From NCBI GenBank assembly GCA_965203095.1, contig OZ241877.1:1408001-1472000 (forward strand): 64,000 bases of DNA. The letters are read 5' to 3'. The translations under genes were made by a program, and so were the position numbers. This DNA comes from Bdellovibrionales bacterium (GTDB taxonomy: Bacteria > Bdellovibrionota > Bdellovibrionia > Bdellovibrionales > UBA1609). The notes below the pieces were generated by a model. It was not told the origin of the DNA, ran no database searches, and worked only from the letters and a program-made list of their open reading frames with translations. Below are positions 1 through 10,454 of this stretch, one piece after another (positions within the stretch are counted from its first letter, which is position 1; each line of letters starts with the position of its first letter).

Positions 1-1374
1 ATCCGGATCTTCGTCCTCTTTATGGTTCAGCCGGCGGGAGAGAGCCTCCCTTAGGGCGGAGTAATCATCCTCTCTCCTTGCAGATTTTAACTTATAGAGC
101 CGATACTCTTTTTTAGCTGGTTGCCCCTTTTCAAAAACCACTTTTGCACCAAAAGCCTCACTGCCTCGCCAATGGGAAATGTCAAAGCATTCCATTCTTA
201 AAGGGATTTTTGGAAGGGATAAGCGTTTTTTTATTTCCATAAGAGCGTCTTGAAGGCTTTGCTCCTTTTGAATTTCACTTTGTAAGTGGCTTTGAGCGTT
301 TTTTTCAGCAATATGAATGAGAGCCTTATCCTCATCATTAAAAACATGTAGGATCCGGCAAGGCTCGCCTTTTCTGGACTGTAAAGCCTGTTCTAAAATT
401 TTTAATTTGGAAACAGAAACCGGCATTTTAAGCAATAACTCATCGGGAATTAAATTTTCTGAATAGTATTGATTGAGGAAAGAGAGCAATATCTCCTCCT
501 CCACAAAAGAGGATTTAAAAAAGTGGAAGCGATTCCCAATAAGGCGACCTTTCCTAAAGTGCAGAACTTCCATTAGTGAGCCTTCAGGTCCTGGTTGAAA
601 GGCCAAAACATCTTTATCTTTTACACTTTTTTGAACCACAGATTGGCTTTGCTCTATCATCTCAATCGCCTTTAAGCGATCCCTTAAGCGACCCGCCTCT
701 TCAAACCTCAGTTGCTTGGCACGAAGTCGCATTTGGGATTTTAATTGTTGAGCTAAGTTTTTTGGATTCCCTTTTAAAAAACTTAAGGCTTTTTTGCAAT
801 TTTTTTTGTATTCCTTTGAGCTGATTTTTTTTACACAGGGGGCGGGGCATACTCCCATATCCCAGGAAAGGCAGGGCCTTTTGCGAGATCGAAACTCTGA
901 ATCCGAACAGTCCCTTAAATGAAAATTCTGATTTAAAAAATCCAAAAGGGAACGAACTGTCCAACCCTCTGTGTAAGGGCCAAAATAAACACTGCGGGAG
1001 TCTTTAACTCTTCTTTCAAAATAAAGCCGGGGAAAATCGTCTTGAAGGCTAAAGCGAATATAAGGATAAGCTTTATCGTCTTTAAGACGAATGTTGTAAC
1101 GGGGTTTGTGTTTTTTTATAAGAGAGGCTTCCAGTAAAAAAGCCTCCACTTCATTTTTTGTGACAATGTAATCTATATCCTCTGCTTGACGAAGCAAAAA
1201 CTCTGTTTTTAAGCCTGTAAGCTTTTTGTTAAAGTAAGAGCTGGCCCTATGCCTTAGGGATTTGGCTTTGCCCACATAGAGGATCTGATCCTCAGCTTTT
1301 TTTATCAAATAGACCCCAGGAAGAGGGGGGAATTTTCTGGCTTTGGCCTTAAGTGATTTTGTTTTGTCCTCCAT
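1..1374 (-). CDS. uvrC: Excinuclease ABC subunit C (3' end lies outside the window)
   Basis: Hand translation from ATG 1374: MEDKTKSLKAKARKFPPLPGVYLIKKAEDQILYVGKAKSLRHR (GIY-YIG), then PRYNIRLKDDKAYPYI and RMECFDISHW. Absent from the ORF track because it has no stop in the window. Confidence 0.95.
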   Translation of the reverse strand, partial: MEDKTKSLKAKARKFPPLPGVYLIKKAEDQILYVGKAKSLRHRASSYFNKKLTGLKTEFLLRQAEDIDYIVTKNEVEAFLLEASLIKKHKPRYNIRLKDDKAYPYIRFSLQDDFPRLYFERRVKDSRSVYFGPYTEGWTVRSLLDFLNQNFHLRDCSDSEFRSRKRPCLSWDMGVCPAPCVKKISSKEYKKNCKKALSFLKGNPKNLAQQLKSQMRLRAKQLRFEEAGRLRDRLKAIEMIEQSQSVVQKSVKDKDVLAFQPGPEGSLMEVLHFRKGRLIGNRFHFFKSSFVEEEILLSFLNQYYSENLIPDELLLKMPVSVSKLKILEQALQSRKGEPCRILHVFNDEDKALIHIAEKNAQSHLQSEIQKEQSLQDALMEIKKRLSLPKIPLRMECFDISHWRGSEAFGAKVVFEKGQPAKKEYRLYKLKSARREDDYSALREALSRRLNHKEDEDPD

Positions 1375-1543
1375 GTTGGAAAGTATAGCTCAGTAGGGGA
1401 GGGTTTGTCATGTTAAGTAAAAACTTTAAGGTGGGTTAGGCAAAAACCTCTGCAAAAAAACAGGGGCTATGCCAAGATTTTTAGGGAAAGATTTTTTAAA
1501 AATCCCTCTTGTGTTTTTCAAAAAAGTAAAATACAGTGCTTTG

Positions 1544-2080
1544 ATGATGGAAAAACATCAGCTGGCAAAAAAAATATATTCTAAATGTTATCTTAAAGGG
1601 GATTTTTTGTTGAGGTCGGGCCTTCGCTCTTCAGAGTATTTTGACAAATACTGTATGGAGTCGGACCCTGCCCTTCTGTCAGCCACAGTAGAGCTTATGG
1701 CCCCTCTCATTCCTAAAGGGACAGAAGTTTTAGCTGGTTTGGAAATGGGAGGTATCCCCTTAGGGACAGCTCTTTCCTTAAAAACACATATCCCGATTTG
1801 TTTCGTCCGGAAAAAGGCCAAAGCCTACGGCACTATGAGGATTTGTGAGGGGGGATCTGTTAAGGGGAAAAGGCTTTGTATTATAGAAGATGTTATCAGC
1901 ACAGGGGGGCAGGTTTTGCAATCCGCTCAAGCACTGAGGGCTGAGGGAGCTATAGTCTCTTCTGTTTTATGTGTGATCTTTAGGGGGGAGAGTTTAAAAT
2001 TGATAGAAGATGAGAGCCTTAAACTTTTTTATCTCTTCAGTAAAGAGGAACTGACTGGTTTTCAAACTAAAAAACCTTAG
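1544..2080 (+). CDS. pyrE: Orotate phosphoribosyltransferase
   Basis: GDFLLRSG, RKKAKAYG and IIEDVISTGG PRTase motifs; start at 1544/1547 preferred over 1469. Confidence 0.93.
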   Translation: MMEKHQLAKKIYSKCYLKGDFLLRSGLRSSEYFDKYCMESDPALLSATVELMAPLIPKGTEVLAGLEMGGIPLGTALSLKTHIPICFVRKKAKAYGTMRICEGGSVKGKRLCIIEDVISTGGQVLQSAQALRAEGAIVSSVLCVIFRGESLKLIEDESLKLFYLFSKEELTGFQTKKP

Positions 2081-2142
2081 GCGACCGTCGTTTTTTTTGA
2101 GAACGAGAATCCACTCCATAAAACCAATAAGGAAATTATTTT

Positions 2143-2270
2143 TAGTCGCCTGTGAAAAAGCTTACATTTAATGGATCGCCCAAGCAAAAAGTCCAGCTTG
2201 TTCGCGGGAAAAATACCTTGGACCATCACCGGACAGCCTGTAGGCAAAAGAAGTATGGGCAAGCGGTCAG
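2143..2270 (+). mobile_element. Chimeric/partial MITE-like hairpin element
   Basis: Left TIR TAGTCGCCTGTGAAAAAG and core AATACCTTGGACC; left arm as at 31344-31447, right arm resembles the 21850 type. Confidence 0.6.
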
Positions 2271-2310
2271 GTAAAAGGGGTTAAAAAGCATAGGCTTTGC
2301 AGGGCTTTGG

Positions 2311-2390
2311 TATAGATAGAGATTAGAGAGAAAAATAGAGAGTTCTGAGGCTTAATCCACCCATTTAATCTTGTCTGTGTTCAATGCTCC
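2311..2390 (-). repeat. Cassette 3' constant tail
   Basis: GGAGCATTGAACACAGACAAGATTAAATGGGTGGATTAAGCCTCAGAACTCTCTATTTTTCTCTCTAATCTCTATCTA, shared with six other sites. Confidence 0.9.
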
Positions 2391-3464
2391 TGGCAATTTG
2401 CCACGATATCTTGATTTCATGATTGCTCCTTGAAAGTCTGCTCCCCGCACATCCGCTCCCCGCATTTCCGCTCCCCGCAAGTCTGCTCCTTGCAACTTTG
2501 CGCCCTGGAATATAACATGTCGCAAGTCGGTTCCCCGCAAATTTTGCCTCCGCAAGTCGGCTCCCCAAAAATTCGCCACTTTATACTTCTTGACTTTTGA
2601 GGTAAATGCTCCCCCTGCCCACACTCTGGCTATATATTCAAGAGAAATTTTTGCTCCCTGTAAGTCTGCTCCCCGCAAGTCTGCATTATGGAATTGCCCA
2701 AACCATAGTTTTGCTCCTCGCATTTTTGCTCCCCGCAAGTTCGCTTTTGATAAGTTTGCATGATGAAAAACCGCAAGTCTCAAGTCCGCCCCTTGCAAGT
2801 TTGCTCCCTGCATTTTAGCATGTTGCAAGTCTGCCCCTCTCAAGTCTGCTCCCTGTAAGTTTGCTCCCTGTAAGTTTGCTTCCCTCAAGTCCGCATTTAG
2901 CAACATTGCTTTTTGTAAATTCACTTTTTCCAAGTTTGCTTTCCATAACTCTCCATTTCGCAAGTTCGCCTCTTGCAAGTTTGCTCCCCGGAAGTCCATC
3001 ATCCATAATTTAGTTCCTAACAGGTCGGCTTTTTGTAAGTCGGCTCTCTGTAAGTTTGCTTGTCGTCTGACAGCCGGCTTGACTTTGCTACCTAACATGG
3101 CATTAAATTCAATCTTACTATTTTCAATCACAAAATAGAATCTTACACCCCTTAAGTTTGTTTTTTGTAAGTTTGCTCCCCGCAAGTCTGCTCCCAGAAA
3201 GTCTGCTCCCGATAAGTTTGCATCTCGCAAATTCGCATTCCGCAAATCCGCCTCCTGGAATTTCGCCCCCCGCAAGTCTGCTCCCCGCAAGTTCGCCCCC
3301 CGCAACTTTGCATGCCAAAAATCTACTCCTCGCAAGTTTGCCCCCGATAGGTTTGCTCCCGACAAGTTCTTTTTCCCTTGTTTGATTTTTTTTATCAGCT
3401 CTGCTTGATTTTGAGCCTGAGCTGGGATTGCAAAACATAAGAGGATTAAAAACAGACCTTTCAT
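2352..3464 (-). CDS. Secreted pentapeptide-repeat protein (class A head)
   Basis: Signal peptide MKGLFLILLCFAIPAQA, many A(D/N)LxG repeats, C-terminus GALNTDKIKWVD. Confidence 0.92.
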   Translation of the reverse strand: MKGLFLILLCFAIPAQAQNQAELIKKIKQGKKNLSGANLSGANLRGVDFWHAKLRGANLRGADLRGAKFQEADLRNANLRDANLSGADFLGADLRGANLQKTNLRGVRFYFVIENSKIEFNAMLGSKVKPAVRRQANLQRADLQKADLLGTKLWMMDFRGANLQEANLRNGELWKANLEKVNLQKAMLLNADLREANLQGANLQGADLRGADLQHAKMQGANLQGADLRLAVFHHANLSKANLRGAKMRGAKLWFGQFHNADLRGADLQGAKISLEYIARVWAGGAFTSKVKKYKVANFWGADLRRQNLRGTDLRHVIFQGAKLQGADLRGAEMRGADVRGADFQGAIMKSRYRGKLPGALNTDKIKWVD

Positions 3465-3535
3465 ACTTATCTTATCGGGTTATTGTCCGGGAAAATAAAG
3501 GCTTTTGTAAATTTTTCACACAAAGGGCAGAGCTT
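3465..3535 (-). promoter_or_regulatory. Cassette 5' constant head/promoter
   Basis: CTCTGCCCTTTGTGTGAAAAATTTACAAAA...TTCCCGGACAATAACCCGATAAGATAAGT-ATG; parts are shared with the 27350, 28845, 60955 and 62844 upstream regions. Confidence 0.7.
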
Positions 3536-3571
3536 ATAGCAAAAAACTCAAAAGCCTTGCTGGTAAAGGCT

Positions 3572-4264
3572 TTAACATCCGTTATCCCTGGGTGCTATGT
3601 TTATCTTCTCTGGGTCAAAATTTTGAGGCAAAGTCCGTCTGGGGGTCTGGCTTAGTATTGCTCCAATAAAATTTTTTCTCTTATCAAAAAAAACTTCACA
3701 CTCTGTTTTAGATATTTCCCTCCCCAAAAAAGAATTGATAATGGCATGTTTTGTTTTATGATTGTTTTCTGAGTCTTCTAATAAGAAAGGGATTTTAAAT
3801 CTTATCGCTCTGCTATAATCAAAAACAACTCCCACACCATAAAACAAGTTTTTGTTTGGGTGTTCGTCTTCTCTGGTATACTTCTCATTGCTCCCTTTTG
3901 GCCCTACCCGCTGGGGGTCCCATGTGTTTGTGCTCTCAATATAATATCGGCTGGCACAAATAGTAAACATATCATCAGGATTGGATTCGCATTCTGTAGG
4001 ATTAGGGCTTTTAAAACTATCCTTAAAAAATTTAGAATGAAGTTTTTGATAATGATTTGTTAGGACAATGTTTTCAATAAAATCTTGAGATTTGTTCTCT
4101 GCCCCCAAAGCCAGTTTCCGGGAAGTGGAATAAGCCATGTATTGAGCCACACTGGCATGAACCAAAGTAATGGTTAATCTAAAAAAAGAGAGAATTAAAA
4201 ATAAAATAATGATTGAAACCAAAAGAAAAGGGATAGTCACAAAAGCTTTTGAATTTAAAGTCAT
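3572..4264 (-). CDS. TadE-like pseudopilin family protein
   Basis: N-terminal TM helix then AQYMAYSTSR; directly downstream of a Tad-domain gene; start 4264 (MTLNSK) preferred. Confidence 0.55.
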   Translation of the reverse strand: MTLNSKAFVTIPFLLVSIIILFLILSFFRLTITLVHASVAQYMAYSTSRKLALGAENKSQDFIENIVLTNHYQKLHSKFFKDSFKSPNPTECESNPDDMFTICASRYYIESTNTWDPQRVGPKGSNEKYTREDEHPNKNLFYGVGVVFDYSRAIRFKIPFLLEDSENNHKTKHAIINSFLGREISKTECEVFFDKRKNFIGAILSQTPRRTLPQNFDPEKINIAPRDNGC

Positions 4265-4286
4265 TGTTAAGGCTATGTCTTTAAGT

Positions 4287-6734
4287 CTACTGACTACAGT
4301 AAAATCTATCTCTGCCGGGGAAGCTCCCCAAAACATTGCATGAGATCAACTTAACAGAATAACCGCTCCGCCCCCCAGCAATACAGCCAGAAGTGTTGGA
4401 GCGATCTTTTTTTCTTACTGGGGCATGGCATCTCATAAATAGTTTTCCTGGGTCGTTTTTTTTATACTCTAAGTTATAATCTGAATAATCCATTTGTTCG
4501 CCTTTAGGGATAGCCGGTGCCCATGAGCTTAAAATGCTAAAAATCGTTTCTGGGCCTTTTAGGTCTTGAATGTTGGGAGGGGGAAAAGTTGCCAACCAAT
4601 TATATCCAAAATGATTTCCCCTTGTTAAGCCGGCCTGTCCTGTGGGGGGGGATGGATTAGATGACATTGAAGGGCCTATTGTTTTAAACCTTTGTCCCAT
4701 GGAATGGGGAAAATGTTGGGGATTATAGGCAAGAACTTTAATTTCATTTTGGTTTATTTGATCGGAAGGGCTGTTTTTTCTTAAAAAAATAGGAGCAATA
4801 GATATAGCCAATTTATTATCATTCTTTTCTAAGACATCAGGATAGGGCCAGCCCAAATCCCCCCGAATATAATATCCGCCCCCCTGAGCTTTATTGTTTT
4901 TGTAGGGATCGCAATTCTGCCCACTTAATAGTTTGCAAATCCTGGGGAAAAAAGTCTCCATATAATTCCCAGCAATGGAGTAATGGGATAAATCAAAAAC
5001 ATCGGGATAAATGGCCACAAGCTCCATCATCCTCATAAAAGATTGGCTGGGGTCACTTGAAGGACTTCGAGCAAAAGGCCAGGCTAAAGGGTCCCTTGGC
5101 TTACTATCATCAGGGTATAAATTCCATAAGAAAAAGGCGTCCATAGAGTAGGCTCTTTTATATTTATATTGACTGGATATTTTGTTTAAAAAACTATCTG
5201 GCCCATCATGCAGGGAGTATTCCACAAGCCCCCACGGATCCCCAGGATAGCGGGAATAGTTTGGTTGATTAAAAAAAGGATTAAATTCGCTTAGGTCTAT
5301 ATCTCCCGGCCTGTTAGGGATTTCAGGGATAAATCTATCTGCATTGAGGCCGGGGCCAAAAACTCCCCCAAAAGGCTTAGCCAAAGCACTGGCCTTAAAC
5401 CAAACCCCATTAGGCAAGTCAAACAATGAGTTGGGAGCATAATCAAATTGTTTTGTTAGCCCATAATAAATTATTTTATCTGGTATTTTTCTATAACCCA
5501 AAAGCAATTCATTGTCTTTATGAAAAAAAGCCCCTGGGTCATTGGAAAAAAGAGCCATCCTGTCCTTTACATATTGGCTATCTCTTAGATGTTGCCCTAA
5601 AGGATGGCCAGTCAATCTGGTTATAATCTTCTGATAATTTATATTATTGTCATAATGCAGTCTTACTTTGTCGGAGCAGGATGTGGGGGTGGGGTCGTTA
5701 TTTCCGTTTGATTCAAAATCTAAAACCTGTAAAACAGGGAGCACCCGGATAGGCTCAAAAAATTGATCAAACTTTTTATCGTCTTGTTTACCTTTTATAG
5801 TATTGAAACTGAACTCTATTGGTTCTTTTTTGCCTTCTTTTTCAATACTCTTTTGATTCCTTCTGCTTAAATTATGCCAAAAAACTTTATGTGCCCCATC
5901 CAAAATAGGATTCCCATCCAAGTCATTCATTTTATCTCTTTTATTTAAAGTTTTGTTCCAAATCCCTTCCATCATTTCTTTTCTATCTAACTGATCCTCC
6001 ATAAAACTGATTAAAAAAAGATGGGCCAACAATGCATTTAAAGCCCCTTCCATAGGACAACTGGAATTCATTTGATTTCTCAATTCTATTATAGCCCTGC
6101 TGGCAAGTTGGGGGACTCCCAAAGGCCCTCCGGGGATAGCAGGATCGGGAATGGGCGGAATATCAACCCCTTCAGTTTTACATAAGTTTTGATCGTCTTT
6201 TTTGTTAATCCCTCTAATCCATGCATTGCTTGAAATACAAACAAAATATCTATAGTCACAGTAATTTTTAGAGTCGGACCTTCTGGGGTTAAAATAAATT
6301 TTATGGTTTTGATCTTTATTGTAAAGGCGGTCAGCTTCTGAACACTTGGTTTTTAGTGCCCGCTTAGTTATCCTTTGAAAATCACAAGTGACTGTTTTTT
6401 GCCTATTTTGAGGACACCAATAATCTTTTTGCCCCTGATCTTTATGATAGCCTTCATTTTGGGTCAAATTCCCTAAAATGCGGTATCGCCAGGAAAGGAG
6501 TTTCCAGTTTTGTCGCATCTGATAATTAATGTGGGCCATAGCGTTTAAAACTTCTGCCTGTTGTTTTGCCCCATAATAAGTCGCAAAATCTAAGGCATTT
6601 TGAAAATTGATTTTATCATAAACCGTCATGGCAACATTAAGGGTCATGCCAAACAGAATAAAAAGAACTGAAAAAATCAAAACTATAAAAATAGCTATCT
6701 GGCCCTTACTATTCTCTATAATTCTCTTAATCAT
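4287..6734 (-). CDS. Tad (TadE/G-like N-terminal) domain protein
   Basis: N-terminus SKGQIAIFIVLIF...KINFQNALDFATYYGA is typical of the Flp-pilus TadE/G-like domain. Confidence 0.75.
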   Translation of the reverse strand: MIKRIIENSKGQIAIFIVLIFSVLFILFGMTLNVAMTVYDKINFQNALDFATYYGAKQQAEVLNAMAHINYQMRQNWKLLSWRYRILGNLTQNEGYHKDQGQKDYWCPQNRQKTVTCDFQRITKRALKTKCSEADRLYNKDQNHKIYFNPRRSDSKNYCDYRYFVCISSNAWIRGINKKDDQNLCKTEGVDIPPIPDPAIPGGPLGVPQLASRAIIELRNQMNSSCPMEGALNALLAHLFLISFMEDQLDRKEMMEGIWNKTLNKRDKMNDLDGNPILDGAHKVFWHNLSRRNQKSIEKEGKKEPIEFSFNTIKGKQDDKKFDQFFEPIRVLPVLQVLDFESNGNNDPTPTSCSDKVRLHYDNNINYQKIITRLTGHPLGQHLRDSQYVKDRMALFSNDPGAFFHKDNELLLGYRKIPDKIIYYGLTKQFDYAPNSLFDLPNGVWFKASALAKPFGGVFGPGLNADRFIPEIPNRPGDIDLSEFNPFFNQPNYSRYPGDPWGLVEYSLHDGPDSFLNKISSQYKYKRAYSMDAFFLWNLYPDDSKPRDPLAWPFARSPSSDPSQSFMRMMELVAIYPDVFDLSHYSIAGNYMETFFPRICKLLSGQNCDPYKNNKAQGGGYYIRGDLGWPYPDVLEKNDNKLAISIAPIFLRKNSPSDQINQNEIKVLAYNPQHFPHSMGQRFKTIGPSMSSNPSPPTGQAGLTRGNHFGYNWLATFPPPNIQDLKGPETIFSILSSWAPAIPKGEQMDYSDYNLEYKKNDPGKLFMRCHAPVRKKDRSNTSGCIAGGRSGYSVKLISCNVLGSFPGRDRFYCSQ

Positions 6735-6856
6735 AAGGTCACTTTGTTTGAGCTATCTTTTTTTGGCCCATATCCCTGATTGCAATTCAGTTGAAAGGGA
6801 ATAAGCTTTAGACAAAACTGAAGAAGAACAATTGATTTTTTTTAAGGCCGACTTTT

Positions 6857-6880
6857 CTGGATTCCCGTTTTCACGGGATT
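6857..6880. repeat. dRS3/REP-like palindrome
   Basis: CTGGATTCCCGTTTTCACGGGATT (ATTCCC-N8-GGGAAT type). Confidence 0.7.
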
Positions 6881-6916
6881 GTAAATGCTCTAAACTATTG
6901 AATTTACAGCATTTTC

Positions 6917-6934
6917 GGGGGGGGGGGGGGGGGG
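6917..6934. repeat. G18 homopolymer
   Basis: 18 consecutive G in the divergent intergenic region. Confidence 0.9.
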
Positions 6935-7196
6935 ATTTTCTGTGGGTGATTTGAGAGTCTGGATGACTGCTTTCGCGGGAGTTGACTTTTTTCGCAAGAG
7001 CTAAAAAGTCCGGGGGACTTTTAGGCAAAGTCTGACTGCTTTTGGGCAGGATTTGTAAAAAAACTCTCATACCAGTTATTTATATCCATTTTTTATCCTA
7101 AATAAAATCTTTTTTTGAAAAAAATATAGATATTCTTCCTTTTATAAGGTATAAACTAAAAGTGTTATGAACCGCAATTTAAAAAAACTTTAAAAA

Positions 7197-8216
7197 ATGA
7201 ACAAAGCTTTATATTTAATACCTGTTTTGTTTTTTCTTTCTCTCTTTTTCCAGCCTCTATGGGGCCTGAATGAAGAGAGCTTTCGTTCAAAAATCATCGA
7301 AGATCTCTATCCCTCTGTAGAGGAATGGTCGTGGACGGGTTTTTTTAAAGGGGTCTCTAATCTTCAAATTCACTATCGCATTTATGGGACTGCCCAGCCA
7401 CAAAGTCGCCCCGTAGTGATCTCTCCAGGTTGGACAGAGTTTTCCCTAAAATATATGGAACTGGCCCATGATTTGATCTCGCAGTCTTTTTCACCGGTTT
7501 ATGTTTTGGATCATAGAGGGCAGGGGGCCTCTGGCCGTCGCTTAAGTGACCCGGAAAAAGGCTATGTGGAGGATTTTGGCTTTTATGTTCAAGATTTTAA
7601 AACTTTTTTAGATAAGGTGGTGATCCCCCGCCATCCCGAAAAAAACTTGCACTTGATAGCCCATTCCATGGGAGGGGCTGTAAGCTTGCTCTATATGTTG
7701 GAGGAGCCTAACACTTTTCGTTCAGCCGCTATGACTTCCCCTATGTTGCAAGTGGCCATTCACTCCTGCCTTGAGTTTATAGCCTCCCTTTTATCTCCTC
7801 CGGTGGATTTTTTAATGCCTCATCAGCCCTTTCTTGTGAGCAGTCGCAAAAAGGAGATAACCTTTGACCCTAATAATAAAGTCAGCCACAGCCCGGCCCG
7901 TTATGAGTTCAACAAATTTCTTGAAAACGAACATTCGTTTTATATCAAGGGGGCCACTTTAAAATGGTTGAACGAGGCCACTGGCCAGCCCAAACAGTTG
8001 GTGGAACAAGCGGAAGGCTTTGCTGTCCCTCTTTTAATTTTGAGCGGAGGGCAAGATCAGGTGGTAGATAACAGTGCCATTTATTCCTTTTGTGAAAGAG
8101 CAAAAAATTGCTCTCATATCCCTTTTGCAGGAGCAAAACATGAGATTCTTATGGAAAAAGACGAAATCCGAACCCCGGCCCTGCAAAAGATTTTGCAGTT
8201 TTTTAACAGCCATTAA
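7197..8216 (+). CDS. Alpha/beta hydrolase, lysophospholipase L2 (PldB)-like
   Basis: DHRGQGAS, AHSMGG nucleophile motif, AKHEILME; signal peptide. Confidence 0.88.
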   Translation: MNKALYLIPVLFFLSLFFQPLWGLNEESFRSKIIEDLYPSVEEWSWTGFFKGVSNLQIHYRIYGTAQPQSRPVVISPGWTEFSLKYMELAHDLISQSFSPVYVLDHRGQGASGRRLSDPEKGYVEDFGFYVQDFKTFLDKVVIPRHPEKNLHLIAHSMGGAVSLLYMLEEPNTFRSAAMTSPMLQVAIHSCLEFIASLLSPPVDFLMPHQPFLVSSRKKEITFDPNNKVSHSPARYEFNKFLENEHSFYIKGATLKWLNEATGQPKQLVEQAEGFAVPLLILSGGQDQVVDNSAIYSFCERAKNCSHIPFAGAKHEILMEKDEIRTPALQKILQFFNSH

Positions 8217-8324
8217 AAGATCTTGACTTTTCCCTTTTTTTTGAACCTGTGTTTGAACCTGAAATTTCAAAACAAAACAGTATAAAAACAGTTTTTGAAA
8301 TTCCCGCAGAAGGTTAGGGAAAGT

Positions 8325-8849
8325 TTAAAGCCCCGCTTTGATTCGCTCTTTATCATCCACCACACTTAAAACACCGGAAGAACCCAGCTCTTTCCGGTAA
8401 GCCAATTTTTTAATGTCGTAGACTGTATCTTCACCGGAAAGTGCGGGGGTTTGCCACTGAGGCCCCATGCGGATAGCATCCACAGGGCAAGCCTCCTCAC
8501 AAAAACCACAAAAAACACAGCGAAGCATATCAATTTCATAAGAGATAGGATATTTTTCCACTTCTGGATCAGAGCTTTCCCCCGCTGTAATTTTAATGCA
8601 ATGGGCGGGGCAGTTGGTTGCACAAAGCATACAGGCAGTGCATCTTAAGGAACCGTCTTTTTTTACAGTGAGAACATGATTGCCTTTAAACCTCGGGCCA
8701 TAAGAGTAATATTCTTCCGGGTAGTTTAAAGTGATTCTTTGTTTTTTATTAAACCAGTTTAAAAAAAACTTTTTAAGTGTCAGCCCCATCCCTTTTAAAA
8801 TGGCAGGGAGGTAATGAGTTTGGCTGGCCTCTTTCCTTTGGACTTGCAT
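8325..8849 (-). CDS. nuoI: NADH-quinone oxidoreductase subunit I
   Basis: TLNYPEE and two CxxCxxCxxxCP motifs (CTACMLCATNCP, CVFCGFCEEACP). Confidence 0.92.
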   Translation of the reverse strand: MQVQRKEASQTHYLPAILKGMGLTLKKFFLNWFNKKQRITLNYPEEYYSYGPRFKGNHVLTVKKDGSLRCTACMLCATNCPAHCIKITAGESSDPEVEKYPISYEIDMLRCVFCGFCEEACPVDAIRMGPQWQTPALSGEDTVYDIKKLAYRKELGSSGVLSVVDDKERIKAGL

Positions 8850-9036
8850 TAAAAAACCCCCTTCTGATTATAAAAACTTCCTCTTTTACTCTTAAAAGTC
8901 AAGTTCTTCCTTCAAAAATCTTAAATTTTTTAAAAAATGAAAAAAATCTATTTTTAAAAAAAACAATGCATATCGATTGAGTTTTCAAAAAAAATGATTA
9001 AAAAAAAATGATTAAAAAATGAGCAATAAAAAAGTA

Positions 9037-9066
9037 TTGACAGAAGTCTTTTGTTTAAAATAGGAT
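9037..9066 (+). promoter_or_regulatory. Putative sigma70 promoter
   Basis: TTGACA-N18-TAGGAT about 100 nt upstream of the 9166 gene. Confidence 0.45.
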
Positions 9067-9165
9067 GAGGTCCTTCAAGCTAAAAGGTTAAAAAGGCACT
9101 TCAGGGACGAATTCCTTATAGACAACTCGGCAGGAAGCCTAACAAAACAAAAAGGAAGGTGAATC

Positions 9166-9660
9166 GTGAATACAGCAGATGTCCCTGGTGATAAAAAGCA
9201 CAAACCCAAAGTCATTAAAAAATATGGTAATAGAAAGCTTTATGATACAGAGTTAAGCTCTTATATTGTTCTAAAGGATATTGAAAAAATGATCCGCAAA
9301 GGGTTAGAGATTCAAATTATTGATAATGAGACCAATGAGGATATCACCATAGCCACCCTTACACAGATCATTTTCAGTTCTGAAAGAAAATCCAAGCTGA
9401 ACCCTCCTGTCAATATTTTAAGATCCATCATTAGGGAAGGGGATGGCAGTTTATCCTCATTTTTGGCCAAGTTGGGGCTTTTTTCTATTACAGGAGGAAA
9501 AAGAAGGAACTTTAATGCCCGGGGCGAAAAAGAACAAGTGCTAACAGCTGAAATGTTAAATCAAAACATTGCTCGTTGGCTCAGCTCAGGTGATGAGTCC
9601 AGGGTGAACCGAGTAGAAGATTCTATTCCGGAATTGCCCGGTAGCCATAACAATTTGTGA
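9166..9660 (+). CDS. PHA synthesis regulator (PhaR-type) DNA-binding domain protein
   Basis: VIKKYGNRKLYDTELSSYI...EDITIATLTQII. Confidence 0.85.
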   Translation: MNTADVPGDKKHKPKVIKKYGNRKLYDTELSSYIVLKDIEKMIRKGLEIQIIDNETNEDITIATLTQIIFSSERKSKLNPPVNILRSIIREGDGSLSSFLAKLGLFSITGGKRRNFNARGEKEQVLTAEMLNQNIARWLSSGDESRVNRVEDSIPELPGSHNNL

Positions 9661-9689
9661 GTTAAAATTCAAGGCAAGAAAAGCGGACC

Positions 9690-10211
9690 TCAGTTAAGGT
9701 CGTTCAACTGGGCGAAGTATCTAAAATTTCTGCCTTCATCACCATAGTCTACACCATAGCCCACAACAAAAGCCGATTGATCCACCTCAAAACCTTTAAA
9801 ATCAATAGTGGTTTTTTTAAGAGCCATTGGCTTTACAAGTAAGGCTGTTGTTTTTATGGAGTGAGGTTCCCTTTGTTGTAAATGCTTTTTAACATAATCA
9901 ATGCTCAGCCCTTGATCTGCGATGCAGTCCACCAGCAAAATCTTTTTTCCCTGGACAGAGCTTTTGACATCTAAAGATAAGACGGCCTCTTTTGAGGCAC
10001 TTTTAGAACCCCCATAAAAGGAGACAGAACAAAAATCACATGTCAGCTCCATATCTAACTGCCTGAGCAATTTTGTATAAAACATAAAAGCTCCTTTTAA
10101 GATCCCAATGGCCAATACCTCCTCTTTGCCATAAGTTTTGTTGATCTGCTGGGCCAGCTCAGTGATTTTTTCTTGAATCTGCTTTTCAGAAAATAAAATA
10201 GATGTGTTCAC
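9690..10211 (-). CDS. hpt: Hypoxanthine phosphoribosyltransferase
   Basis: ILKGAFMF, FVVGYGVDY; PRPP motif diverged (LLVDCIADQG). Confidence 0.85.
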   Translation of the reverse strand: MNTSILFSEKQIQEKITELAQQINKTYGKEEVLAIGILKGAFMFYTKLLRQLDMELTCDFCSVSFYGGSKSASKEAVLSLDVKSSVQGKKILLVDCIADQGLSIDYVKKHLQQREPHSIKTTALLVKPMALKKTTIDFKGFEVDQSAFVVGYGVDYGDEGRNFRYFAQLNDLN

Positions 10212-10454
10212 ATTTTCCCCTTTTTACCTAATGGCCCCGGAAAGCTCACAAAAGCTTTAAAATGTCCAAAGCGAAAAGGACTTCTAAAAAATGAGTTAAA
10301 ATAATAAAAACCCATACCTCAACGGATTAGTTTTTTGCTCAAGCCCAAAGTTTCTTTTTAAAAGAATTCCATTTTTCATGAGGTTTGTCAATAACTAAAA
10401 TCTTTGATAAAAATAAGTAATTTTTATACACTTTAGAATAAATCCATTTTTAAA

